DNA of 64,000 nt, taken from positions 1-64,000 of the forward strand of contig CAXXSM010000004.1 in assembly GCA_963663405.2 (NCBI GenBank), in the 5' to 3' direction. Under the pieces are notes generated by a model. The model was given only the letters and a program-made list of their open reading frames with translations, ran no database searches and was not told where the DNA came from. The translations under genes were made by a program, and so were the position numbers. The DNA is from a bacterium. GTDB lineage: Bacteria > Hinthialibacterota > Hinthialibacteria > Hinthialibacterales > Hinthialibacteraceae. The stretch's first letter is position 1, and every line of letters begins with the position of its first letter. This document shows, in pieces, positions 1 to 9,129 of this stretch.

Positions 1-2
1 AT

Positions 3-1079
3 GAGCCTGATTCGCCTTATCAGCGGGGGGCGCGCACTCAATTTGAACGGCGATTTCGTTATTACAATCGCAGTGAAGGGCCTGTTCCCGAAACGGGGTA
101 TCGGTCGATTGGGTATCATCGCGCATTTGTGAATTATCTACGGCGTGGAGAAGGTATTTCGGTTGAAGATCGAAATGCGTTGTTTGAACAACGGGCCACC
201 TTGCAGGTGGATTCGGATACCGGGGGTGGTTTCTTTTCGTCTGAACGGTTTATCAGCGGTCTATTGAAGGCCGTGGATGATATTCTCGTTATCAGTCAAC
301 TCGCTTCCCATTTTCCCTGCCGGTACGATGAAACGCTGGGCGCTCCCAAGTTGGATGGGGATATCGGCGATTTCGATTTTGAATCGGGGGAATTGACCGA
401 ATCGGAAGATGATGAAGGAATCGCTTTTGGGATGCGGGAATTCAAGCCCCGTCCGTTACGGCGGAAAACCGTCAAAATCTCCAAGCGGTTGTTGGAGAAT
501 CCCCGGATCAATGTGGAGAACATTATCTATGACCGCGTCAAGGTGGCTCTCGCCCGGTCGTTGGATAAAAAGTACATGCTGGGTTCCGGCGCGAATGAGC
601 CGCTTGGATTGTTTACTCCTTCGGATTTGGGGATTCCCACCTCGCAGGATGTCACCACTTCATCCGCTACGTTTCTGGTCAGTGACGATCTGATCGATGT
701 ACAGGATACGCTCAAACATGGATACAAAGGCGTGTGGCTGTTTCATCAGAACGCGATCACGGAGATCCGGAAACTGAAGGATAATGACGGTCAATATTTA
801 TGGCGGCCTGGGTTGGAGCCGGGTGTGTCGAATGTGATTTTGGGGGATCGATACATCATCGGGGATAACGTTCCCAATACGTTCAGCGCCTCACAGTACA
901 TCGGGATGTACGCCGATTTTTCGTATTACTGGATCGCGGAAGCGCTTTCTCTTACGGTTCAGCGGTTGTTGGAACTGTATGCGCGGAAGGGGCAGATCGG
1001 TCTTCTGTTTGACAAGATGGCTGTGGATGCGATGCCGGTGATGGAAGAGGCGTTTGTTCGGATTAAGACGGCGGCTTGA
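3..1079 (+). CDS. HK97-family major capsid protein (5'-partial)
   Basis: Frame is open from position 3, upstream of the ORF-track start at 129. Motifs GSGANEPLG, IRKLKDNDGQYLWRPG, ADFSYYWI. Confidence 0.93.
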   Translation, partial: EPDSPYQRGARTQFERRFRYYNRSEGPVPETGYRSIGYHRAFVNYLRRGEGISVEDRNALFEQRATLQVDSDTGGGFFSSERFISGLLKAVDDILVISQLASHFPCRYDETLGAPKLDGDIGDFDFESGELTESEDDEGIAFGMREFKPRPLRRKTVKISKRLLENPRINVENIIYDRVKVALARSLDKKYMLGSGANEPLGLFTPSDLGIPTSQDVTTSSATFLVSDDLIDVQDTLKHGYKGVWLFHQNAITEIRKLKDNDGQYLWRPGLEPGVSNVILGDRYIIGDNVPNTFSASQYIGMYADFSYYWIAEALSLTVQRLLELYARKGQIGLLFDKMAVDAMPVMEEAFVRIKTAA

Positions 1080-1190
1080 TAGGTTGAAGGTTGAAGGTAA
1101 AAGCCCCGGCGCAAGCGCCGGTTGAAGACTGAAGGAAAGGCAGGACGCCTTTGGCGTCTTTTGCGGGCGGGGACGCCCGCGCTCCATAGG
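1080..1190 (+). repeat. Intergenic hairpin cassette 1
   Basis: TGAAGG units, then CCGGCGCAAGCGCCGG (1106-1121), GACGCCTTTGGCGTC and GCGGGCGGGGACGCCCGC. Near-identical copy at about 1790-1885. Confidence 0.85.
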
Positions 1191-1196
1191 AGTTAC

Positions 1197-1646
1197 ATGA
1201 TGCGAGGAGAGAATCTTTCGAATTTGGTGAATATACGGTCGGCTTTGGATTATGCGAGTGGGTCGGCGGATCGGGATGGGGCCGTTTTGGATATGCAGGG
1301 GGGGCATTCGGTTTTGGCGGTTGTCAAGTTCGCTACGATTGCGGCGGGGGCTGTGACGACGATCAAGATGCAGCAGGGGGATCAAGCGAATCTCTCGGAT
1401 GCGGTGGATCTGGAAGGTACGGGGCTTTCCGTGGCGGCGGATGATGATAACCAGGTCTTTTGGTCCGATCTTTATCTTCCTACGAAACGGTATGTACGGC
1501 TGTACATCGATAAAGATGGTTCGAATGCGACGGCGGAGATGGCCTTTTACATTCAGTACGGGCCGAAGGTGAAGCCGTGTGATAACAATATCGCCGATAC
1601 GATTACTGGGGAATTGCATGTTAGTCCGGATGCGGGAACAGCGTGA
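1197..1646 (+). CDS. Phage protein downstream of capsid (possible head decoration protein)
   Basis: GGAG RBS before ATG 1197; beta-rich acidic ~149 aa; position after capsid. Confidence 0.7.
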   Translation: MMRGENLSNLVNIRSALDYASGSADRDGAVLDMQGGHSVLAVVKFATIAAGAVTTIKMQQGDQANLSDAVDLEGTGLSVAADDDNQVFWSDLYLPTKRYVRLYIDKDGSNATAEMAFYIQYGPKVKPCDNNIADTITGELHVSPDAGTA

Positions 1647-1654
1647 TAATTCTG

Positions 1655-1886
1655 AGAGGGTGGCCAGGGCAAGGTTTTGTCTTTTCTGCCCTGGTGGTTT
1701 GTGCGTTCAATGCCTGGGCAGAATAAAGTAAAGGCCCCTACGCAAGCGTAGGGTATTTGCCCAGGGCACCCAACTTAAAGGCAGGTGGAAGGCTGAAGGT
1801 AAAAGCTTCGGCGCAAGCGCCGGTTGAAGGTAAGGCAGGACGCCTTTGGCGTCTTTTGCGGGCGGGACGCCCGCGCTCCATAGGAG
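1655..1886 (+). repeat. Intergenic hairpin cassette 2
   Basis: CCAGGGCA...TGCCCTGG, CCCTACGCAAGCGTAGGG, then a copy of cassette 1. Confidence 0.85.
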
Positions 1887-1889
1887 AAT

Positions 1890-2153
1890 ATGATGGGAAA
1901 TGTATCGATTAAGTTGAAACGTAATGCGGCGACGGATCAGTACCGGGGGCATAAGGGGGATGTGATTACGATTCCGGAGAAAGAGGCGATGGGGTTGGTC
2001 GAGAAAAATTATGCGGAAATTTATGACTCGCCCCGTGAGCCGGAGCCTGCGCCGGAAGTGAAGAAGGAGCCGGAGAAGAAACCGGCGCCGAAATCGAGGA
2101 AGAAAACGGCTGTGGCGCCGCAGGGGGATCGGGTGGCGGATGCGGTTGAGTGA
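1890..2153 (+). CDS. Small phage head-region protein with P/K/E-rich tail
   Basis: AGGAG RBS; GDVITIPEKEAMGLV segment followed by low-complexity tail, typical of genes between capsid and connector. Confidence 0.7.
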   Translation: MMGNVSIKLKRNAATDQYRGHKGDVITIPEKEAMGLVEKNYAEIYDSPREPEPAPEVKKEPEKKPAPKSRKKTAVAPQGDRVADAVE

Positions 2154-2164
2154 GTTGCGTTCCT

Positions 2165-2302
2165 TACCCCCCAGCCTTGAAAGGCTGGGCTATTTTCTAT
2201 TGTCCCTTGCGGGACATAAAGCAATAGCCCAGGGTTTTAACCCTGGGCTACTGTGATACGTCCAAAGACCGAGCATCCGCGAGGGCTGCTTTAACGGGAC
2301 TA
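2165..2302. repeat. Intergenic REP-like palindrome cluster
   Basis: CCCAGCCTTGAAAGGCTGGG, GTCCCTTGCGGGAC, TAGCCCAGGGTTTTAACCCTGGGCTA, and AGCATCCGCGAGGGCTGCT (repeated near 2963). Confidence 0.8.
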
Positions 2303-2321
2303 AAAATTAGTTTGGTGTTTT

Positions 2322-2933
2322 ATGTCTGAGTTAATGCCTGTTTCTCAATTGATTGAAGGGCCTGCGGTGGAGCCTCTGACGTTGGATGAGGTGAAGGGGC
2401 ATTTGCGGGTGACGCACGATCTTGAGGATGATTTGATTGCGGGGTTGATTCCTACGGCGCGGGAGTATGCGGAGAGGGATTTTCTTCATCGGGCGTTGAT
2501 TACGCAAACGCGGAAGATGTATCTGCCAGCATGGGAAGGGTTAAACATAGATTTTCCTCCTCTGCAATCTGTTGACTTGGTTGAGTATGTCGATTTAAAC
2601 GGTGAAAAACAAACATGGTCTTCAGAAGAATTTATAGTTGTCAAATTAGAACCGGCCACGATTATGCCAACTTATCAAAAATTATTTCCTGAAATTTCTG
2701 ATGTTGGGATTGCTGACACGGGGGGGTACCCGGTTGTGATTTCGTATACCTGCGGGTATGGGGATACGACGGATGCTGTGCCACGTCCGATTAAACAGGG
2801 GATGTTGTTGCTGATTGGACAGTTGTACAACAATCGGGAGGCGGGATATATGGGGGCCGGGATTGGTGTGGGGGAGATTCCGTTTGGGGTGAAGGCGTTG
2901 TGGGGGCCTTATGTGGATGAGAGGTTTAAGTGA
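2322..2933 (+). CDS. Head-tail connector protein (gp6 / phiE125 gp8 type)
   Basis: EPLTLDEVKGHLRV...EDDLI and VPRPIKQGMLLLIGQLYNNRE motifs. Confidence 0.9.
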   Translation: MSELMPVSQLIEGPAVEPLTLDEVKGHLRVTHDLEDDLIAGLIPTAREYAERDFLHRALITQTRKMYLPAWEGLNIDFPPLQSVDLVEYVDLNGEKQTWSSEEFIVVKLEPATIMPTYQKLFPEISDVGIADTGGYPVVISYTCGYGDTTDAVPRPIKQGMLLLIGQLYNNREAGYMGAGIGVGEIPFGVKALWGPYVDERFK

Positions 2934-3030
2934 ATGCTTTTGTCTGAATCAGGTAAAGGCCGAGCATCCGCGAGGGCTGCTCTTACAGGATAGGCAGGAT
3001 GACCAGGATAAAAGCAATAGGAGAGTTTGA

Positions 3031-3354
3031 ATGCAGGTGGGGAAGATGGATCGGCCTATTGAAATTCAAACAGCGCCGAAACGAAAAACAGAAATGGGGG
3101 AACCCTATTTTGATTGGGATGATGCTGAAACTTATGCTACGGCCTGGGCGGAGAAGCGGGAGATGGGGGGGCGGGAGTTTTTTGCGGCGGCTCATGTTGG
3201 TGTTGAGTTTGACACGAAGTTTTTTATTCACTTTTTGGAGGGCGTGGATACCACGATGCGGATTTTTTGTGAGGGGAAGTATTACGATATTCAGTTTGTG
3301 CGGGAGATTGGTCGGCGGGCGGGGTTGGAGATATTGGGGTTGGGGCGGGGGTGA
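3031..3354 (+). CDS. Phage head closure / head-tail adaptor
   Basis: GKMDRPIEIQ, WAEK..GGREFFAA, MRIFCEGKYYDI motifs. Confidence 0.88.
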   Translation: MQVGKMDRPIEIQTAPKRKTEMGEPYFDWDDAETYATAWAEKREMGGREFFAAAHVGVEFDTKFFIHFLEGVDTTMRIFCEGKYYDIQFVREIGRRAGLEILGLGRG

Positions 3355-3365
3355 TTGTTTTTTTT

Positions 3366-3530
3366 TTGTCAGAATCAGGATGGCCAGGATGGGCAGGAAA
3401 GGCAGGATAAAAAGCAAAGGCCCGGCGCAGGCGCCGGTTGATGGGCAGGATAAAAGACAAAAGCAGGGCGCCTTTAGCGCTGGAAAGGAATGGTAGTTGA
3501 AGGCTTTTCTTCAGCCTTCAGTCTTCTACC
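3366..3530 (+). repeat. Intergenic CAGGAT repeats with hairpin insert
   Basis: Several CAGGAT/CAGGAA units, CCGGCGCAGGCGCCGG, GGCGCCTTTAGCGC, TTCAGCCTTCAG. Confidence 0.8.
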
Positions 3531-3545
3531 TAATCCACCTAAAAA

Positions 3546-4019
3546 ATGGAACCGATTGTGAAGTTTGAGGGGGCGAAAAAGATTACTTCGACGTTGAAGC
3601 GGTTGGGGGATAGCCGTCTTGTGAAGAAGGCTGTTGAGGATGGGCTTCGGAAAACGGGGAATTTGTACCGGCGGGAAGCGCGCAAAGTGGCGCGGAGCAA
3701 GATCAAAAAGAAATATACCGGGAATCTGGTGAAGCGGATTCGGGTTTCGAAAGTGAAATCGTATCACGGGGCGGCGCGGATTGTGGTTTCGGCGGCGGCG
3801 CCTCACGCACATCTCATTGAGTTTGGCACGTCACCCCGCGTGTTGAAAAAACCGCGTTGGTTTAACCTGAATGGGAAATGGGTGCGATTGACACATACGG
3901 GGCAGATGCCCCCGAAGCCTTTCATGCGTACTGCGTTCGAACGAATTACGGCGCAGGATGCGATTGATGTGACGAAGGATGGGGTGATGAGGGCGGTGGA
4001 GCGTGTGGGGAGACGATAG
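3546..4019 (+). CDS. HK97 gp10-family neck protein
   Basis: TGNLVKRI, HAHLIEFGT, MPPKPFMRTAF. Confidence 0.88.
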   Translation: MEPIVKFEGAKKITSTLKRLGDSRLVKKAVEDGLRKTGNLYRREARKVARSKIKKKYTGNLVKRIRVSKVKSYHGAARIVVSAAAPHAHLIEFGTSPRVLKKPRWFNLNGKWVRLTHTGQMPPKPFMRTAFERITAQDAIDVTKDGVMRAVERVGRR

Positions 4020-4087
4020 ATTTCTGTTCAATGCCAGGGCAGATCAAAAGCCTTGCCCTGGGCACCCAAGGATTTAGGAGTTTTGAA

Positions 4088-4483
4088 GTGTTGATTCAAG
4101 AGGCGTTGGTTCGGTATTTGACATCGCATGAGAAACTAAGACCGTTGGTGGGGGATCGGGTGTATTACATGCATCTTCCGCAGGGGCCGAAATTGCCTGC
4201 GATTACTTTTTTTCTGGTGGATGGATCGAGTGTGGAATGTCAGCAGGGGCAGGTGGGGCTTTGTGATGCGCGGTATCAGTTTGATTGCTGGGGGAGCACG
4301 ATTACGGAAGCGTCTTGGGCGGCCATCGAACTGCGGAAGGCGATGGATTTGGTCCATGTGGATTTGAACGGGGTGTCGGTCACGTCGAATCATATCAGTT
4401 CGCAGGATGATTATGAGGATCAATCGCGGATCTCGCGGAAGATTATGGAGTTTCAGATTATTCATTCTGAAGAGGTTGATTAG
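4088..4483 (+). CDS. Tail terminator / completion protein (DUF3168-like)
   Basis: AGGAG then GTG 4088; LVGDRVY..LPQG..LPAITF and RYQFDCWG. Confidence 0.82.
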   Translation: MLIQEALVRYLTSHEKLRPLVGDRVYYMHLPQGPKLPAITFFLVDGSSVECQQGQVGLCDARYQFDCWGSTITEASWAAIELRKAMDLVHVDLNGVSVTSNHISSQDDYEDQSRISRKIMEFQIIHSEEVD

Positions 4484-4574
4484 GCTGAAGACTGAAGGAA
4501 AAGCAAAGGCGCTGAAGGCGCAACCCTTCAGCCTTCTACCTTTTACCTAAATCCCTAGAAACAGAGGTGGAATC

Positions 4575-5042
4575 ATGAATGGGAAGTTGACTTGGTTTGA
4601 ATGGGCTTTGTTGGGGATTTCGATTTGTTTGTTGGTTACGGCGTTGTGTTTGGTGAAGGCGCCGGAGGCGCGGGGGGCGCATACGGCGAATGTCAATAAC
4701 GTGCTTGGTCCCTATCCTGGTGAAATCGTTGACGCTTCGGCGAATATTACTATTTTTTATGATTTCGTGGAGAGCGTAGCGGATTACAAATTGCAATTCG
4801 CCTGCACGGGGCGGGAAATACTGTTGGCGTATAACCAAGCGGGAATACCCATGAAATTCGAATTGATTTCGGAACCCAATCAATATCGAAGATCGGGGAA
4901 TATCGTTTATGAACTCGGCGCTTACGAATACGCGGCGTTTTATTACGGATCGACGGATGGCTGGGTCGCGTCCGGAACGAATATCGTCAATGTCTCGGCG
5001 ACGACAGATTTTATTAAATTTGGAATTATCCGGTTGAAATAA
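4575..5042 (+). CDS. Phage hypothetical protein with N-terminal signal/TM segment; paralog of next gene
   Basis: GAGGTGG RBS; hydrophobic N-terminus; GPYP, SEPN..R.G and GW motifs shared with 5054..5497. Confidence 0.72.
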   Translation: MNGKLTWFEWALLGISICLLVTALCLVKAPEARGAHTANVNNVLGPYPGEIVDASANITIFYDFVESVADYKLQFACTGREILLAYNQAGIPMKFELISEPNQYRRSGNIVYELGAYEYAAFYYGSTDGWVASGTNIVNVSATTDFIKFGIIRLK

Positions 5043-5053
5043 GGAGGTGAACT

Positions 5054-5497
5054 ATGAAGAAAATCATGGAACTCTTGAGTTACGCTTTCGTCTTGGTTTT
5101 CGCGGCGGTGTTGTTTTATACGTCACCGTCTGATGGCGCGTCGATCGCCGTGCAAACCGTTGTAGGGCCTCACCCAATTGGGAACGTGGCTGCGAATGAG
5201 ATGGATATCGCATGGGCTTCGGCCTGCGCGACAGGGGTTGATTCGTTCGCCTATCCTGGAAAATGCTTGGTGCTGTGGCGAAATGCGAATCAGGTCTCTG
5301 ACCTGACGGCGGGGGTGAAATCCGAACCGGATACGATGGGGCGAACGGCGGATTTCATTACGGAATGTTCGGCCGGTTGGGACGTGCAGGGATTATATAT
5401 TTCGAATCCAGTGGGCTGGAAGAACGCGACGGGGGAAGTGGTTCTGTTGTCTGCTTCGCCGGATATTGAGTTTATGGTGTTGGCGATTTCGAAGTGA
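5054..5497 (+). CDS. Phage hypothetical protein with Sec-type signal peptide; paralog of previous gene
   Basis: AAGGAGGTG RBS; MKK + hydrophobic core + DGA|S. Confidence 0.75.
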   Translation: MKKIMELLSYAFVLVFAAVLFYTSPSDGASIAVQTVVGPHPIGNVAANEMDIAWASACATGVDSFAYPGKCLVLWRNANQVSDLTAGVKSEPDTMGRTADFITECSAGWDVQGLYISNPVGWKNATGEVVLLSASPDIEFMVLAISK

Positions 5498-5601
5498 GTG
5501 TCTGAATCCTAAAAGCCCGGCGCAAGCGCCGGTTGATGGCCAGGATTTTTAGGATATTCAGGATAAAAAGCATGGCGCCTTTGGCGCTGATTTGGAGGTG
5601 A

Positions 5602-6039
5602 ATGATGGCTAAAACTGGAGCCAAGGGCGCGAAAGGCACATTGATTCAGCGGAGTGTGACGGAAGGGGGGCCGTATACGACGATTCCGGAAGCGCGGGAT
5701 ATTACATTGACACCACCTAGTCAAACGTATGAGGATGCGACGCATCAGGAGAGTCCAGGCGATTACGCCGAACAGGTGCCGATTCTGAAGGAAAATGGAT
5801 CGGCGAGTTTTGAGATCAATTTCAAGCCCAGCGACAGCGTGCAGAGCGATCTGGAAGGCGATCAGGAAAGTCAATCGCTTCGGTATTGGCGGATCGCGTA
5901 TCCACAATTCGAACGGCAATATGAATTTGAGGGATACGTTTCGCAGTTCGACCATCAAGCGCCGGTGCGTGGGATTCTACGGGCGAATGTGACGATTCAG
6001 GTCACGGGCGAGGTGACGAGAGGAGCGTATGTGCCATGA
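5602..6039 (+). CDS. Major tail tube protein
   Basis: EDATHQESPGDYAEQVP..KENGSASFEINF, FEGYVSQF, ANVTIQVTG. Confidence 0.88.
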   Translation: MMAKTGAKGAKGTLIQRSVTEGGPYTTIPEARDITLTPPSQTYEDATHQESPGDYAEQVPILKENGSASFEINFKPSDSVQSDLEGDQESQSLRYWRIAYPQFERQYEFEGYVSQFDHQAPVRGILRANVTIQVTGEVTRGAYVP

Positions 6040-6413
6040 CCGTATTGAACCGGGAAGCGATTTTGGGAGTTTCGTTGAAGCGGGTTGAAGTGGACGTGCC
6101 CGCGTGGGGCGGGTCTGTTTTTGTTCGTGAGTTGCGGGCGAAGGATCAGCCTGCTCTTTTGGCGTTGCGCAAAAAGGAAGATTCAAATCACGATATGTTA
6201 GTTGAGGCGATTCTTCTTTCCGTTATTGATGAGAATGGAAATCGAATTTTCCAGGATACCGATGAAGATCGAAAATTTATTTCTGAAGGTTCCCATTCCA
6301 CCTATGAAAAACTCGCGAAGGTCATCGCGGATTTGAATGAGTTCAATGTGGAGGATGAGGAAGCGGAGGAAAATTTTTTGAATGCCCCGGCCGAGAGTTC
6401 ACCTTCCGATTAG
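6036..6413 (+). CDS. Tail assembly chaperone (gpG-like)
   Basis: VEVDVPAWGGSVFVREL, VIDENGNRIF; lies between tail tube and tape measure. Confidence 0.88.
   Translation: MTVLNREAILGVSLKRVEVDVPAWGGSVFVRELRAKDQPALLALRKKEDSNHDMLVEAILLSVIDENGNRIFQDTDEDRKFISEGSHSTYEKLAKVIADLNEFNVEDEEAEENFLNAPAESSPSD
6371..6380 (+). promoter_or_regulatory. Programmed -1 frameshift slippery site (A AAT TTT / T TTT TTG)
   Basis: In-frame X XXY YYZ heptamers; the -1 frame is open (FECPGREFTFRLAETLHMPVSVLL...) into ORF 6428..6679. Confidence 0.85.
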
Positions 6414-6679
6414 CGGAAACGCTTCATATGCCCGTGTCCGTTCTTCTCGAAACGATGGGGGCGCGGGAGTTTGAGGAGTGGCGGGCGTTTGACGCGCTGT
6501 ATCCGCTGGGTTCGAAAGGGGAATACCATCGGGCGGGGATTGTGGCGAGTTCGATCATCAATTGCTTTTTGCGGAAGGGGGCGGAACCGATTAAGTCAGA
6601 TTTCTGTCTGCCTCAATACAGGGAACGGCAGAGTGTGGAAGTGCAGATGGCGATTTTAGATGGGATGGTTAAGAAGTGA
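6377..6679 (+). CDS. Tail assembly chaperone gpT portion (frameshift extension)
   Basis: -1 frame relative to gpG; RLAETL.M.V..LL..M...EFEEW.AF pattern. Confidence 0.8.
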   Translation, partial: FECPGREFTFRLAETLHMPVSVLLETMGAREFEEWRAFDALYPLGSKGEYHRAGIVASSIINCFLRKGAEPIKSDFCLPQYRERQSVEVQMAILDGMVKK

Positions 6680-6813
6680 GTTTAACGGTTTAACGCCAGG
6701 GCAGAAAAACGCCTTGCCCTGGGCACCCAGATAATATTGTTTAGAAAGGATATTTAGGTTATGGGCTGTTGCTTTACCTTCCGTCTTCAGCCTTCAACCT
6801 AAAACCCTAGCAA

Positions 6814-9129
6814 ATGCGAAACGCTCGAATCGGCGGTATGCGTATTGATTTAGAGGCGGGTACCGCGAAGTTTTTTCATAGTATGGATCGGGCGTCCAGG
6901 CGTTGGAATCGAACGCTGGATCGGATGCGGGCGGATGCGCGGCGGTTTCGGTCTGGGGTGGTTGCATCGTTCTCGGCGGTGGGCGTGGGGATGTCGATGG
7001 AGCGTGTGCTGTCTGGTACGGTGGGCGTGATTACGGATTTTGAAAGCGCGATGTCTGGGGTGCAGGCGGTCACGCGGGCTTCCTCTGGAGAGATGGAAGC
7101 GATGGAGAAAGTCGCTCGCGGGCTGGGGGCGAGCACAAAGTTTTCGGCGGCGGAAGCGGCGGAGGGGATGAAATTTCTGGGGATGGCGGGGTTTGAAACC
7201 TCGGAGATTATGGGATCGATCCCGGCGATGTTGGATCTTGCGGCGGCGTCTGCGCTTGAACTGGGAATGGCGGCGGATATCACGTCCAACATTATGACGG
7301 CGTTCAACATTAAGGCTGATGAATCGCGGCGTGTGGCTGACGCTTTGGCGGAGATTGCGGCGAGCGCGAATACGAATGTCGAACAACTCGGTGAGGGGAT
7401 GAAATACGTGGGGCCGGTCGCGTCCGGTCTCGGTGTGTCGTTGGAAGAAGCGGCGGCGGCGATTGGCGTTCTATCGAATGCGGGGATTCAAGGGGAGATG
7501 GCTGGAACGAGTCTGCGGCGGGTTATCACGGATTTGACAAACCCAACTTCTTCATTGAGAAAAGCCGTGAAGGGATTAGGATTGACGATTGAAGAGTTGG
7601 CTCCCAGAACGAATACACTCACGGAAATCTTCACGAAGTTAAAAAATGCGGGGGCGGGGGTTGAAAAATTGATGGCCATGTTCGGGGCGCGGGGCGGTCC
7701 GGGCGCGATCAAGTTGGTTGAGTTGGTGGAGGATGTTGACCGGTTCAATCGAAAACTGGGACAATCGACCGGGGCTTCACAACGGATGGCCGAAACGATG
7801 TCGAATAATATCGCGGGATCGTTTAAGCGTATGCAGTCGGCGCTTTCGGAAGTGGCGTTGCAGATCGGGCAAGGCGGGATGGCCAATGCGATTAAGTCTG
7901 TGACGGATCAATGGATCAAACTCGTCAATGATTTCATCAATAGCGGGGCGGCGGTCAAAGTGGGGGAAACGATTGGGAACGCTTTCATTCATATCTCGAA
8001 TCAAGTGCTTTGGGCGGCGCAGAGTTTTCGGGGATTTTTAGTTACCTATGACCGGTTTATGAAGTCCATCGGGGATCCAAAGATTTTTCAGTGGATCGGG
8101 AAGATTATTCTCGGCTGGAAAGAACTCGCGCAGATTTCGATGATGGCGCTTTCGTCTCAATTGAAATTGTGGGGGGGGATGCCCGGCGCGATGATGGAGG
8201 GGCAGGAAGCCGTCTTCCAACACATCGAGGATCGAATTAACGAGTTTGTGAATGGCTTCAACAAAATGGCGAAGGAGGATTGGTTTCCAGAGGATACGTT
8301 CAAGATTGCGGAAATCGAGATTGAGGTAGGTCCTCCGGAGGGATTCCAGGGATTTAAAAAACTGAATCAAGAGGCGATCCAGTTTTCAAGCATCATGGAG
8401 GATAGCGAGAAAAGCACGGGCGCCATTGTTAATAATGTGAACGAAATGGAAGGAAAATTTCGTTCGTTTCTTTCGTCTCTGCAATATGACATGAAAACGG
8501 TCACACAAACGAACGCCGACCGGTTGCGGGAAAACCTGGAGATGCTGAAACAGGCGCAGAGTATGGGGATTAAGGAGATCGATGGGGAGCCGGTTGATTA
8601 TTCGAAGATGCGTCAATACATGCAGGATGAGTTTAGCGGGATCGTTGAGGCTTCGCGGGAGTCGGCGGCGGCGGTCCATGACGCTTTCGCGGGTGTTTTT
8701 GAGGGGGCGGCGACAGGCGCTTTAAATTTGAAAAATATTCTTAATTCATTCGTAAGCGATATTACAAGAGCCTGGGCTGAGATGGGGGCGACAAACGTTT
8801 TTAACTTTCTCCAACCGAAGGCGTATGAGATGGGGGGATTCGCTAAGTTTTTGTTTGGGGGATCGCGGGATACGGGGGGGCCGGTTGAGGCGAATAAATC
8901 GTATTACATTGGTGTTCCGGAAGTGTTTACGCCGGGGATGTTTACCCCGCCTACTGCGGGGCAGATTACGCCGTTATCTGAATTGCAAGGTGGGAAAGGG
9001 GATATCAAAATCGATACCGGCGGCGCGCCTTTGATATCGGTAACCGGCGGGGGATTATCGAAGAAGAGCGCTGGGCAGTTTGCACAAGATTTTCTTGAAG
9101 CGGTCCAGGCGGGGGGGCGGTATCAATGA
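6814..9129 (+). CDS. Tail tape measure protein (TP901 family)
   Basis: STKFSAAEAAEGMKFLGMAG, NAGIQGEMAGTSLR. Confidence 0.95.
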   Translation: MRNARIGGMRIDLEAGTAKFFHSMDRASRRWNRTLDRMRADARRFRSGVVASFSAVGVGMSMERVLSGTVGVITDFESAMSGVQAVTRASSGEMEAMEKVARGLGASTKFSAAEAAEGMKFLGMAGFETSEIMGSIPAMLDLAAASALELGMAADITSNIMTAFNIKADESRRVADALAEIAASANTNVEQLGEGMKYVGPVASGLGVSLEEAAAAIGVLSNAGIQGEMAGTSLRRVITDLTNPTSSLRKAVKGLGLTIEELAPRTNTLTEIFTKLKNAGAGVEKLMAMFGARGGPGAIKLVELVEDVDRFNRKLGQSTGASQRMAETMSNNIAGSFKRMQSALSEVALQIGQGGMANAIKSVTDQWIKLVNDFINSGAAVKVGETIGNAFIHISNQVLWAAQSFRGFLVTYDRFMKSIGDPKIFQWIGKIILGWKELAQISMMALSSQLKLWGGMPGAMMEGQEAVFQHIEDRINEFVNGFNKMAKEDWFPEDTFKIAEIEIEVGPPEGFQGFKKLNQEAIQFSSIMEDSEKSTGAIVNNVNEMEGKFRSFLSSLQYDMKTVTQTNADRLRENLEMLKQAQSMGIKEIDGEPVDYSKMRQYMQDEFSGIVEASRESAAAVHDAFAGVFEGAATGALNLKNILNSFVSDITRAWAEMGATNVFNFLQPKAYEMGGFAKFLFGGSRDTGGPVEANKSYYIGVPEVFTPGMFTPPTAGQITPLSELQGGKGDIKIDTGGAPLISVTGGGLSKKSAGQFAQDFLEAVQAGGRYQ

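Noticed and set aside
2983-3496. ORFs 2999..3496 (+) and 2983..3417 (-)
   Set aside because: Shadow frames over the head-closure gene and repeats
1080-6813. CRISPR array in the recurring palindromes
   Set aside because: Copies are separated by whole genes, not 30-40 nt spacers; no cas genes in the window
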